This document shows, piece by piece, positions 28,643 through 37,367 of a DNA stretch of 64,000 nucleotides (positions within the stretch are counted from its first letter, which is position 1; every line of letters begins with the position of its first letter). A program made the translations under genes and the position numbers. Origin of the DNA: Bacillota bacterium (GTDB taxonomy: Bacteria; Bacillota; Clostridia; Christensenellales; SZUA-584); NCBI GenBank assembly GCA_023428025.1, contig JAEYZN010000021.1, positions 108,085 to 172,084 of the forward strand, read 5' to 3'. Below the pieces are notes generated by a model. The model ran no database searches. It was not told the origin of the DNA and saw only the letters and a list, made by a program, of their open reading frames with translations.

Positions 28643-31600
28643 CTATTCTCCGTAGTTGACCGCAGCATCCAGCACGCTCTTCTGTTCGCCAGATAATGAG
28701 AACGCGCTTTTCAGCTGCTGGACCATGTTTGCGCCGCGCTTTTGGGCAAAGGTCTTCATGCTCTCCAGCGTGCTCTCCCAGCCCTGCATGGTACCGCCGA
28801 ACTTTTCCCGCTCCGCAGGCATTTCGCTGCGCACCATGTCGGCAATGGTATCGATCGTTTCGATCACATGGCTGGGTGCATAGACCTCTTTGAGCGCCCA
28901 GGCAAACCGCTCGATGAACTTATCGCGCCAGGGCTTGTACGCCAGCAGTCCGTTAAACAGCGTGGAGCCCGCCTTTGAACTCTCCATCCTTTTTGCCAGC
29001 GTCGGATGATCGCCATTGGGGAATTCGCTGCTTCCGAATGTCCAGCAAAAATCGTAGTAGATCTGCTTCCACTTTCCGTCTGGCAACAGCTGATAATACT
29101 CGATGTTCGCGTAGTCGGAGTTGGCCACCCAGACCTGGTTGATCATCATATCCATAAAGCTGTCGGTATCCACCTGTGCCGCGACATGCTGATAATTCTC
29201 TTCCACAGACATGTCGTGCGTGGAGATAAACGTCATCAGCTCGTTATAGCCGCTGACATCGCCCTGTATCAGCCTTGCGGTGGACCACACGATGTTCATG
29301 TTGTCCGGGTCTTCAAAGTTCTCGTGCTGCGCGATGAAGTTCTCGTTGCGCTTTTCCATCATGAAATAGACACCCCAATATTCACCGTTCAGATATAACA
29401 CATACGGCTTCCATGCCTGTGTCAGGAAATTAAAGCCCTTGTCCTGCACAAGGGAAAGCGTCACGATCTCCTTGATCTTGCCGATCGTCTGATCCTGTCC
29501 GCCCTGTCTCAGCACCAGTGACTGGTATTCGGTAAACGCTCGGTTATCGAAAAACGCGCACCTCAGCGAATTCGCTCCATATTTGCTGCGGGCCATGATG
29601 GCAAAGGACTTCTGCTTGTTATCACGGCTGTATCCGCCCGCAATGCGGATACCCACGTTCGCGCCAAAAATCTCCCGGCCGTTTTCATCGAATACCTCGA
29701 AGGACGCCGGGCGTTCGGACTCCTGACCGCGCTCCAGATAATTCGCCACCTCATAGTGCGTGGTAGACCCTTCGACCAGCACCGGATTGGGCCCCGGCAC
29801 ATAGATGCCCGTTTGTTCGTTCCAGAGATAATCCGGATTTGTCACAATGGACAACAGCGGCAGCGCGTGCTGCTCGCCGATGAAGTATGTCTGCGTCTGG
29901 ATGACGCTGGGCAGGAAACCGTCTTTGTAGGCTCTGGCCCGTATCATGCCCGTCTTATCGACCATGACGGGCCCCGTGTATTGAGCAGAGCTTTGGGTCG
30001 GCTCCGTTCCATCCATGGTATAATATATCTGTGCATCTGCCGTATCACATTCCAGAGAGACGGTTTGCACCGCATCATAGCTGCCGGGCGTCGTTGTGGC
30101 TTTGGGCGAAGCCGCAATGCCCTGCAGCGGATTGGCGTTGGCCGCGCCGGGCGTTGGCTGCTCAAAATAAAAAAGAGAGTCCTGCCCGTCTATCCTGCCC
30201 ACCGAAACGCCATAAGGCAGATAGCTCAGGTTGTACTTGTCCTGCAAAACGCCGTTTGCGTTGAACAAGGCGAGCACTTCGCCGTCTGCGCTGAGTTTAA
30301 AGCTGGTATGGATAAAGTTTTTTTTTACGTCCTCGCTATTGGCCAGGCCGGAGGCCAGCACCGTCACATACTGGCCGGGACTCAGCGTCATTTCCGGCAA
30401 ACGCCATTTTGCCGGATTGCCCGCGTTGTCCGTCAAACCATAACGCGAGATGTCCATGGGTTGGTCGCTGCGGTTGTACAGCTCTATCCAGTCATAAAAC
30501 TCGCCGTCCACCTCTTCAAGGAACTGCGAGTTGGACGACATGACCTCGGAGATCACCACCGGCCCCAGCGCGACAGGATTGGCTTCAAGGAACTGAGTGT
30601 ACCCCGCGTCATTGTTCGCGTACCCGGGCGTAGGCTGGCTCGTGGATTCCCACGCGTCCCCGTAAGCGCCGGTTTCATCCATCGCCCGCGCATAAGCCTG
30701 ATCCGTTCTTGATTCAGCCACGGCGATCTGATCGATCAGCAGACCTGCGGGATTGGACAGCACGATGGTCTCCTGATAGGACGATATCCTGAAGTTCGTA
30801 TGGATAGCGCCTTTTTCCAGATCCGTGTTGGCTGCATCCGCGCCGGACGCAAACACGACGAGATACGCCCCCGGCTGAATCGTCACATCGGGGAACTTCC
30901 AGTCGAGCACGTCAGCCGGATCATCCGAAAGCCCATACCCATTCAGGCTGACCGCTTCGTTGCCCGCGTTGTATATCTCGACGTAATCGCTGTAAACACC
31001 GGTATTGTCCGCCAGCGTCGTCCGGTTGGAGGCCATCACTTCCGTGATGATCAGCGGAGACTCCGGCGCTTTACGGCTTTCAATAAAGGCCGCATAACCC
31101 GCCTCGTCGTTGGAGAAGCCGGGCGTGGGCTTGTCGAATGTCTTCCACGCGCCGATATCCTGAGCATCCCGCCCCAGAGAGATGTTTTCGACCTGGTCTT
31201 TGTACTCCACCTGGTCTATCACCTGGCCGGATGACGTTGTCAGGTATACGCCGCCGCTTGCCGCATTCATCTTAAAGCTGGCATGCAAGGGCTTGTCCGG
31301 ATCGCTCGCGTCGTTGCCGGATGCAAAAATGAGCAAGTACCCGCCCGGAGCCAGCGATACGCTCGGGAACGGCCATTTGATGTCGGTCGGATCGTCCGTG
31401 AGGCCCAGGCCGGACAGGCTTACCGCGCTGTCGGTCGGGTTGTAAATCTCAATCCAGTCGCTGTAATTTCCCTGATCATCAGGCAGGCAGCTGCTGTTGG
31501 ACGCCATAAACTCGTTGATCACTATGGCGCCCGAAGACGTGCCCGGCGAAGCCGCCGGATCACCTTCCGGCTTGTTCTGCCCCAGCGCATATATCAGAAC

Positions 31601-31657
31601 GCCCGCGCATAACGCAAGCGCAATAATAATTGAAACAATGTATTTGAATGCTCTCAA
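28643..31657 (-). CDS. CotH kinase family protein with signal anchor, three lamin-tail-like domains and a chitobiase/hexosaminidase-C-like domain
   Basis: 1004 aa with a TTG start preceded by GAAGGAG and an N-terminal TM.
- Three repeats of the pattern (I/V)I(N/T/S)E(F/V)M(A/S)SN...Y(S/D)D(W/Y)(I/V)E(I/L)YN...L(S/T)DD occupy aa ~44-505.
- IYYTMDGTEPT...RARAYKDG lies at aa ~520-592.
- The C-terminal ~400 aa are CotH-like (LRQGGQD, YLNGEYWGVY). Confidence 0.8.
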   Translation of the reverse strand: MRAFKYIVSIIIALALCAGVLIYALGQNKPEGDPAASPGTSSGAIVINEFMASNSSCLPDDQGNYSDWIEIYNPTDSAVSLSGLGLTDDPTDIKWPFPSVSLAPGGYLLIFASGNDASDPDKPLHASFKMNAASGGVYLTTSSGQVIDQVEYKDQVENISLGRDAQDIGAWKTFDKPTPGFSNDEAGYAAFIESRKAPESPLIITEVMASNRTTLADNTGVYSDYVEIYNAGNEAVSLNGYGLSDDPADVLDWKFPDVTIQPGAYLVVFASGADAANTDLEKGAIHTNFRISSYQETIVLSNPAGLLIDQIAVAESRTDQAYARAMDETGAYGDAWESTSQPTPGYANNDAGYTQFLEANPVALGPVVISEVMSSNSQFLEEVDGEFYDWIELYNRSDQPMDISRYGLTDNAGNPAKWRLPEMTLSPGQYVTVLASGLANSEDVKKNFIHTSFKLSADGEVLALFNANGVLQDKYNLSYLPYGVSVGRIDGQDSLFYFEQPTPGAANANPLQGIAASPKATTTPGSYDAVQTVSLECDTADAQIYYTMDGTEPTQSSAQYTGPVMVDKTGMIRARAYKDGFLPSVIQTQTYFIGEQHALPLLSIVTNPDYLWNEQTGIYVPGPNPVLVEGSTTHYEVANYLERGQESERPASFEVFDENGREIFGANVGIRIAGGYSRDNKQKSFAIMARSKYGANSLRCAFFDNRAFTEYQSLVLRQGGQDQTIGKIKEIVTLSLVQDKGFNFLTQAWKPYVLYLNGEYWGVYFMMEKRNENFIAQHENFEDPDNMNIVWSTARLIQGDVSGYNELMTFISTHDMSVEENYQHVAAQVDTDSFMDMMINQVWVANSDYANIEYYQLLPDGKWKQIYYDFCWTFGSSEFPNGDHPTLAKRMESSKAGSTLFNGLLAYKPWRDKFIERFAWALKEVYAPSHVIETIDTIADMVRSEMPAEREKFGGTMQGWESTLESMKTFAQKRGANMVQQLKSAFSLSGEQKSVLDAAVNYGE

Positions 31658-31708
31658 CGCAAGCTCCTTCGGTTCATTTGTAAAAACCGCGTAAAGTCAC
31701 TGCCACTG

Positions 31709-31737
31709 ATTTTATCACGCTTTTCAAGCAAAAACAA
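31709..31737 (-). promoter_or_regulatory. putative promoter of the CotH-VTC-DUF4956 unit
   Basis: Minus strand: TTGTTT (31732-31737), a 17-nt spacer ending in TGA (extended -10), then TAAAAT (31709-31714). About 50 nt upstream of the CotH start. Confidence 0.45.
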
Positions 31738-31801
31738 CCTCTTTCATCCCCAGCATACGTTTGATTCAGCCAGATTAAGGTCGTTTTGTATAAATCAACA
31801 T

Positions 31802-31825
31802 AAAAAAGCCGGGCAGAACCGGCTT
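31802..31825 (-). terminator. intrinsic terminator after the zinc-ribbon gene
   Basis: Minus-strand RNA: AGCCGG-TTCTGC-CCGGCT followed by TTTTTTA. Confidence 0.65.
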
Positions 31826-31881
31826 CATTTTGGTGCTAAAACTTCACTGATCATTGACTAAAGCGCCTGGCTGAATGGACG

Positions 31882-32505
31882 TCAGTCTGCTGCGTTATCC
31901 TCTCCAAATTGATCGCTGGCATCGTCAGCAAAATCATTGCGATCGAAATTATTGTCCGCACGCGTGAATGCCCCCATGTCGTACACGTAAAGCGTGTCTT
32001 TATCAACGGCGAAATCAAATTCCCGCCCATCGCTCATCTCGATATGGCCTTCACCCTTGGCCTGATCATATTGATAATCGCCCCCAAAATCGCCGTAGGG
32101 CGTATAAGCGTCAAAACTGCCGCCCGCGCCAAAGCGGATGACTTCTCCCCGGTTCTCGCTGTACCATTCACCCTTCACAGGAACGGCCGTATTCAAAAAG
32201 CCGGGCCATACAAAAAACAGCACCGCGGTAATGCCGAGCAGCGCCACAATGCCAACGATCAGGCCGACAACCAGCCCTGTTTTTCTCTTCTGTACCGGCA
32301 CTGCGCTATAGCCCTGCTGTGGCGGCGGATAGTAACCCTGATGCGGGTAGCTCGAAGGAACGGTATACGTTGGCGGAAGAGGCCATCCCTCATCCGGTGT
32401 TTCGGGAGGTTTTGGCGGCTGCGCTACAGAGGAAAGCGGGTTGCCGCAATACACACAAAAAACAGATCCATCAGAGACCGATTGACCGCATTTCGAACAA
32501 AACAT
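31882..32505 (-). CDS. zinc-ribbon membrane protein, function unknown
   Basis: Start is at MFCSKCG, preceded by GGAGGGA. Architecture: a CxxC...CxxC zinc ribbon, a Pro/Tyr/Gln-rich linker, one TM, then an acidic extracytoplasmic domain of about 110 aa. Confidence 0.65.
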   Translation of the reverse strand: MFCSKCGQSVSDGSVFCVYCGNPLSSVAQPPKPPETPDEGWPLPPTYTVPSSYPHQGYYPPPQQGYSAVPVQKRKTGLVVGLIVGIVALLGITAVLFFVWPGFLNTAVPVKGEWYSENRGEVIRFGAGGSFDAYTPYGDFGGDYQYDQAKGEGHIEMSDGREFDFAVDKDTLYVYDMGAFTRADNNFDRNDFADDASDQFGEDNAAD

Positions 32506-32642
32506 GGGACATCCCTCCATATTGGTTGTATCATTCCCTGATACCAATCATTATAACATAGATATGTTCACAATACCGTGCGAATTAACCAATATCCTGG
32601 TTTTACTGATCTTTTTGGGAGCGTGGGTTCCAGATATGCGGC

Positions 32643-32828
32643 TTATAGTCCCAGGATTAAAAATACAGCGATGATGGCCACAACCATAACGCCAAAGACA
32701 ATGAAAACCACCTTATTCGTCTTGCGCTGTTTGCTGGCCGGCGAGGTGCCCGTCACAAGCGCGAGCCCGCAGTCTGCGCATACCTTTTTTGTTTTGGGAT
32801 AGTCTTTTCCGCATTGTTTGCAATACAT
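32643..32828 (-). CDS. small zinc-ribbon membrane protein
   Basis: 61 aa starting at MYCKQCG, preceded by GGAGGG. CxxC...CxxC is followed by a basic stretch and one C-terminal TM. Confidence 0.5.
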   Translation of the reverse strand: MYCKQCGKDYPKTKKVCADCGLALVTGTSPASKQRKTNKVVFIVFGVMVVAIIAVFLILGL

Positions 32829-32941
32829 ATATATACCCTCCGTAATTTGTAATGGTATTTTACCACAATGCCCATGGATGTCCAACACAAAATATATCAG
32901 AAGATGCCCGCTTTTTTTGGTATAAACGCATTATTATTATG

Positions 32942-32970
32942 TTGCAAAACATCCATGCCTATGTTAAAAT
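32942..32970 (+). promoter_or_regulatory. sigma-A promoter of rpsT
   Basis: TTGCAA (32942-32947), a 17-nt spacer ending in TGT (extended -10), then TAAAAT (32965-32970). Confidence 0.6.
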
Positions 32971-33015
32971 AGCTTTCGTTATTGAAACGAGTATCAACAA
33001 TGGAGGGTTTAAGAC

Positions 33016-33282
33016 TTGCCAAATATTAAATCTGCGGAACGGCGCATGCGCGTTGAAGCCAAAGCCAACCTGAGAAACCGCGTCGTCAAATCGGAGCTTA
33101 AGACGCTGGCGAAGAAATTCAAAGCCGCCGTCGATGCGGGCGACAAGGCTGCTGCCGACGTCCTTTATAAGGAATACACAGGCGCTCTCGACAAAGCTGC
33201 GCTTAAAGGCACGCTTCACAAGAACAATGTCGACCGCAAAAAGGCTCAGATATCCAAGGCAATCGCCGGTATTTCTGCTTAA
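33016..33282 (+). CDS. rpsT: 30S ribosomal protein S20
   Basis: 88 aa with the S20-typical PNIKSAERRMRV...N N-terminus. TTG start with GGAGGG 8 nt upstream. Confidence 0.93.
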   Translation: MPNIKSAERRMRVEAKANLRNRVVKSELKTLAKKFKAAVDAGDKAAADVLYKEYTGALDKAALKGTLHKNNVDRKKAQISKAIAGISA

Positions 33283-33360
33283 ACTTCATTATAAACGGCT
33301 GATCACAAGCTCCAGTCTTTTGGCTTAAACCCATTGGGCTGCGGGCTTTTTTGCGTTTCC

Positions 33361-34323
33361 TTACAATTTATATATGCGGATCAGCGTTTCCGGCAGGGCC
33401 AGCAGCGCCTCACGGCCGCCGCTCTTTGTCCCAAAATCCAGGTCCGCCAGCGTTGTCAGCGCATATCTTAGCTCGTCCTGAGAAAAGCGGGCGCACTCCC
33501 TGGCTAATATCTGAACAACAAACGGCTTGAGCCCCAGCATCGACACAATCTTCCCCTGCCCGTACCCCGCGTCCAGCATCGTCCGGACTTTATACATGTC
33601 CCGCATTTTGCGCGCAAACAGCCCCATGAGCATTTCCGGCCTTTCTTCTTCCATCAGGTCGTCCAGCATCGTTTTGGCCTGTGCCGACTGTTTACCTGCC
33701 AGCAGGCGATGGATCTCAAACACGTTGTATTCGAGCGACTTGGATACGCACGCGGATACATGCGCGCCGGTGATTTCGCCAAAGCCGCTGTATACCGCCA
33801 GCTTCGCCACCTCGTTTTCCAGCGTGAAATAATCGCAGCCCGCCAGCGCCACCAGCTGCTGCGCCGCAGCCGCACCGATGCGCGCGCCGTGTCGTTTGGC
33901 CTGCTCCGCCACAAAGGCGATGCACCCTGCCGGGTTCGGCGCTTCGAATTCGCGCACCGTGCCGATTTCACTGAGACGCTTATACAGCGTTTTGCGCTTG
34001 TCCGGCGCTTCCGCCGTGCACAACGCCAACACCGTCGTATCCGGCAGGCGGTCGATATAGTCCGCGATTCTCTTGGCTTCATCCTTGTTTCCTGAGGATG
34101 TCAGCACGGTACAGTCGCGCACGGCCACAAAGCGCAGCGGCGAAAGAAACGGCACCGCGGCGCAGGCCTCTATCAGCTCTTCCGCGCCCGGCATGGTGTT
34201 ATACATCGTCACATTCAGCTCTTCCATCTGAATGTCCAGCGACGCTTGCAGTCTGGACAGGCTGTCCCTCACCATATAGCTCTCGCCGGAGAATACGTAC
34301 AGGTTTTTATTCGGCATGCTCAC
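33361..34323 (-). CDS. holA: DNA polymerase III subunit delta
   Basis: 320 aa with a HolA-like sequence. It sits in the conserved comEC-holA / rpsT neighbourhood seen in Firmicutes. Confidence 0.85.
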   Translation of the reverse strand: MSMPNKNLYVFSGESYMVRDSLSRLQASLDIQMEELNVTMYNTMPGAEELIEACAAVPFLSPLRFVAVRDCTVLTSSGNKDEAKRIADYIDRLPDTTVLALCTAEAPDKRKTLYKRLSEIGTVREFEAPNPAGCIAFVAEQAKRHGARIGAAAAQQLVALAGCDYFTLENEVAKLAVYSGFGEITGAHVSACVSKSLEYNVFEIHRLLAGKQSAQAKTMLDDLMEEERPEMLMGLFARKMRDMYKVRTMLDAGYGQGKIVSMLGLKPFVVQILARECARFSQDELRYALTTLADLDFGTKSGGREALLALPETLIRIYKL

Positions 34324-36616
34324 CTTTACCCAAAGTATTTACAGAGATATTGTCATCGATATAGAACTCGACCGCATAGTCATCCCGTGTGACGTATACC
34401 TTTTCGGAGTAATCCTCAAGATTCTGAAGCGCCCACCCGTGCGGATGACCGAAGCTGTTGGCTCCCGCGCTGACCACACTGTATTCGGGAGACAGCGCCG
34501 AAAGCGGCAGCCGGTATGACGAATACTTGGAGCCGTGGTGCGCCGCCTTATATATGTCCACAGGGCCGATCCCCGTCAGCACACTGGTCTCCGTCTGTCC
34601 GCTGATATCGCCGGTAAACAGTATTTTATGGCCTTTATATTCCACCAAAATCACCAGCGACGACTCGTTGGTATTCTCCATGATCGTGTCCTGATACGGA
34701 TATAATACCACGGCGCGTGTTTTATCGTCCAGCAGCACCACGTCCCCTGCGCCCAATGGCACCACGTCGGCATCCGGCATCGCTTGGGCGACCGCGTCCC
34801 GCTCCTGATAGGAACAGTAGACCTTTCTCAAAAGACCGGCGTCGTAAAGCGCGACAATGCCCGCGAAGTGATCGGCGTCGGTATGGGATACAAATGCCGC
34901 TTCGGGACTGACACCGCTTCGCACCGTGAAGTCCACCACCTCTTCGGCGCTTTCCGGCCGTCCGCCGTCGACGAAATACTCTCCGCCCTGTGCCGTCCGG
35001 ATGAACGCCGAATCCCCTTGTCCCACATCCAAAAACGCGAGATACATACCGGCCGGGCGCGCAAGCAACAACACCGTCAGCGCGGCTGCCGTTATGCCGC
35101 CGCTGAGGATGGTCTTAAATCCGACCCTGACCAGCAGATATTTGGACGTGATGAACAGCAGAACAAAGCACACAAGCACCGCGTACCACGGCGGCGATGC
35201 CACGTTGACCGCCATAAACGGTATGTCCGCCGCCCAGCCGATCACGGACATCATGAACCGGATCAGCACTGTGGGCATATAGGCCATTATCGCGGCAACC
35301 GGGGCCGCCGCCATTCCCAGAAAGGTGCAGACGAATACCAGCACGATGATCGCCGAAGACAGCGGGATCAGGAATATATTCAATATGATGCTGAGCGCCG
35401 ATATGCGGTTGAACGAAGCGGCCAGCACCGGCAGCGTCCCCGCCGTCGCGCCAACCGATGCCGACAAGGCATCGCCCAGCCAGTGAATCTTGTCCGGCAG
35501 CCTTCGGGCCAGCCAGCGCCGCAGCTGCCACCCCAATGTCAGCATGCCAAAGACTGCGCCAAAGGAGAGTTGAAAACCGGCCGTAAACATGCCCAGCGGG
35601 CTGATCACCAGAGACACGATGAACGCCAGCGCCAAGCTGCTGAGCGTATCGCTCTGACGTCCGAAATGCCTGTGAAGCAGCACCGCCGCCGCCATCACTG
35701 CCGCCCGGAGCATGGACGGCACCATACCGGCGATAAATGTGTAGGCCGCGATGAAGAGCAGCGCCCCAACCAACCGCGGCGTACGCCCCAGCCTGATGAT
35801 TTTGAAAAAGGCGTATATCGCCGCGATCAGGATGGCGGCGTGCAGACCGGAAACGGACAGCACATGTGTCATTCCGGTATCGCGGAAATCCTCCTGCGCG
35901 GCATCGTCAATGCCACGCGTGTCACCGATGAGCAGACCTTTGGCAATGGGCGCGACATTCGGCTCAAAGACGCGGTCGATCGTTCCGCCGATATAACGCC
36001 GCGCATCCGCCATCACTACAGCTAAGGACGATTTATAACCTGTGTTTTCGATCGTTTCGGCATACGCCTTATAATGCACGCCCTGCGACAGCAGATACAG
36101 CCTGTCGTCAAAGCCACCCGGATTGCGCACGCCGCGCGGGTATTCCACTTCCGCGATTACCGACACCACATCGCCGCACTGCATGGCGGCATTCTGCTCA
36201 ACCGGCACATAGAGCTTGATGTCGCCGCATGCTTCACCCTCAATTTCTGCGCCGTCAAGCAGATAGACGGTGCTGCCGTAATCGTTCTGATACGGTTCGC
36301 TGTATATATGCCCCGTCACCGTCAGCCCTTCGCCCGTGGGCACAGGTTTGACCACCATCGCCTGAGAGGTCAAAAAAGCCGCCAGCATCACGCACGCCGC
36401 ACCAGCCAGCCAGCTTGCGGGCTTACGTCGGCCTTGCTTCCGCTTTCCGAAAACAGCCAAACAAAAAGCCGCCACGGCCAGAACCGCTGCGGCAATTCCA
36501 AATACAATTATCGAAGGAGCAAAACGCCCGATGATCACGCCGGACGCAAAACAAACGGCTGCCACAACCACCGGGCGCCTGTTGAATGCGCGTTTTGGCG
36601 AGGCAGCGGCGTCCAC
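34307..36616 (-). CDS. comEC: DNA internalization-related competence protein ComEC/Rec2
   Basis: 769-aa polytopic competence domain plus a C-terminal metallo-beta-lactamase domain (FVSHTDADHFAG). Overlaps holA by 17 nt. Confidence 0.88.
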   Translation of the reverse strand: MDAAASPKRAFNRRPVVVAAVCFASGVIIGRFAPSIIVFGIAAAVLAVAAFCLAVFGKRKQGRRKPASWLAGAACVMLAAFLTSQAMVVKPVPTGEGLTVTGHIYSEPYQNDYGSTVYLLDGAEIEGEACGDIKLYVPVEQNAAMQCGDVVSVIAEVEYPRGVRNPGGFDDRLYLLSQGVHYKAYAETIENTGYKSSLAVVMADARRYIGGTIDRVFEPNVAPIAKGLLIGDTRGIDDAAQEDFRDTGMTHVLSVSGLHAAILIAAIYAFFKIIRLGRTPRLVGALLFIAAYTFIAGMVPSMLRAAVMAAAVLLHRHFGRQSDTLSSLALAFIVSLVISPLGMFTAGFQLSFGAVFGMLTLGWQLRRWLARRLPDKIHWLGDALSASVGATAGTLPVLAASFNRISALSIILNIFLIPLSSAIIVLVFVCTFLGMAAAPVAAIMAYMPTVLIRFMMSVIGWAADIPFMAVNVASPPWYAVLVCFVLLFITSKYLLVRVGFKTILSGGITAAALTVLLLARPAGMYLAFLDVGQGDSAFIRTAQGGEYFVDGGRPESAEEVVDFTVRSGVSPEAAFVSHTDADHFAGIVALYDAGLLRKVYCSYQERDAVAQAMPDADVVPLGAGDVVLLDDKTRAVVLYPYQDTIMENTNESSLVILVEYKGHKILFTGDISGQTETSVLTGIGPVDIYKAAHHGSKYSSYRLPLSALSPEYSVVSAGANSFGHPHGWALQNLEDYSEKVYVTRDDYAVEFYIDDNISVNTLGKGEHAE

Positions 36617-36619
36617 GCG

Positions 36620-37351
36620 TCAAACCTCGTAGGTGCGGCGTTCCTCTATCATCTCGGCAGCGGGATAGCTTTCCCGTACCTCGCGCAGTATTTCCTCCGC
36701 GTCATACTCGGGAAACTGATGCGTGACCAGCATTCTGCTGACCCTCGCCGCCTGCGCGATGCGTCCCGCGTCCTTCGCGTCCACATGCGCCGACATCGGC
36801 ATCTTATCCCTGGACAACAGCGCGGCTTCCATCACAAACAGATCGGCGCCCGACGCAAAAGAGATGATATGCGTATTGTCTTGGGTATCGCCCGAGTAGA
36901 CGAATTTCTTTCCGTCCGCTTCGAACGACATGGCAAAGCTGGGAACAGGGTGGGGCATCATGGCAAACACCGCTTCCAGGTCGAAAAGACGGACCCGCAT
37001 GCCGTCGGCGAGAAAACGCACGTCCATCATTCCGTGGGCGGCGAGAAGTCCGGCCTCCGCCAGGGGTTCCCCCGGCAGATAGACGGGCAGCGGTTCCGCG
37101 CGCCATCCCATCTTCTTGTCCACATCCAGCGCGTAACGCAGCGTCAGCGCGTCCCCCATATGATCGGCATGCAGATGGGAAAGCACCAGCGCATCGATGC
37201 CTCTGACCGGCAAAATCTCCTGCAGCTTGGACAGCGAGCCGCAGCCCATATCCAGCACAATGTTTTTTCCGTTATGCGCCAGCAGATAGCATGAGCAGCT
37301 TTCCCCGGCTTTGGGATAAGGCCCGTATTTTCCGATGCATGTCAACTTCAT
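36620..37351 (-). CDS. MBL-fold metallo-hydrolase
   Basis: HxHxDH motif (LSHLHADHMGD). The start is placed at MKLTCIGKYG (37351), which avoids overlap with the upstream ECF gene. Confidence 0.75.
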   Translation of the reverse strand: MKLTCIGKYGPYPKAGESCSCYLLAHNGKNIVLDMGCGSLSKLQEILPVRGIDALVLSHLHADHMGDALTLRYALDVDKKMGWRAEPLPVYLPGEPLAEAGLLAAHGMMDVRFLADGMRVRLFDLEAVFAMMPHPVPSFAMSFEADGKKFVYSGDTQDNTHIISFASGADLFVMEAALLSRDKMPMSAHVDAKDAGRIAQAARVSRMLVTHQFPEYDAEEILREVRESYPAAEMIEERRTYEV

Positions 37352-37367
37352 AAGCTTAACTCCCGTA

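Noticed and set aside
33283-33360. Expected bidirectional terminator between the convergent rpsT and holA genes (a T-run at 33346-33352).
   Set aside because: I could only fold 3-4-bp stems (CCC/GGG, GCCC/GGGC) by eye. That is not enough to call a feature, so a proper folding calculation is needed.
34784-37294. 413-aa and 406-aa plus-strand ORFs (34784-36025 and 36074-37294) opposite comEC and the MBL hydrolase gene.
   Set aside because: Same reasoning as the other antisense ORFs: extremely Arg/His/Gln/Asp-rich translations, no recognisable domains, and complete overlap with strongly supported genes.
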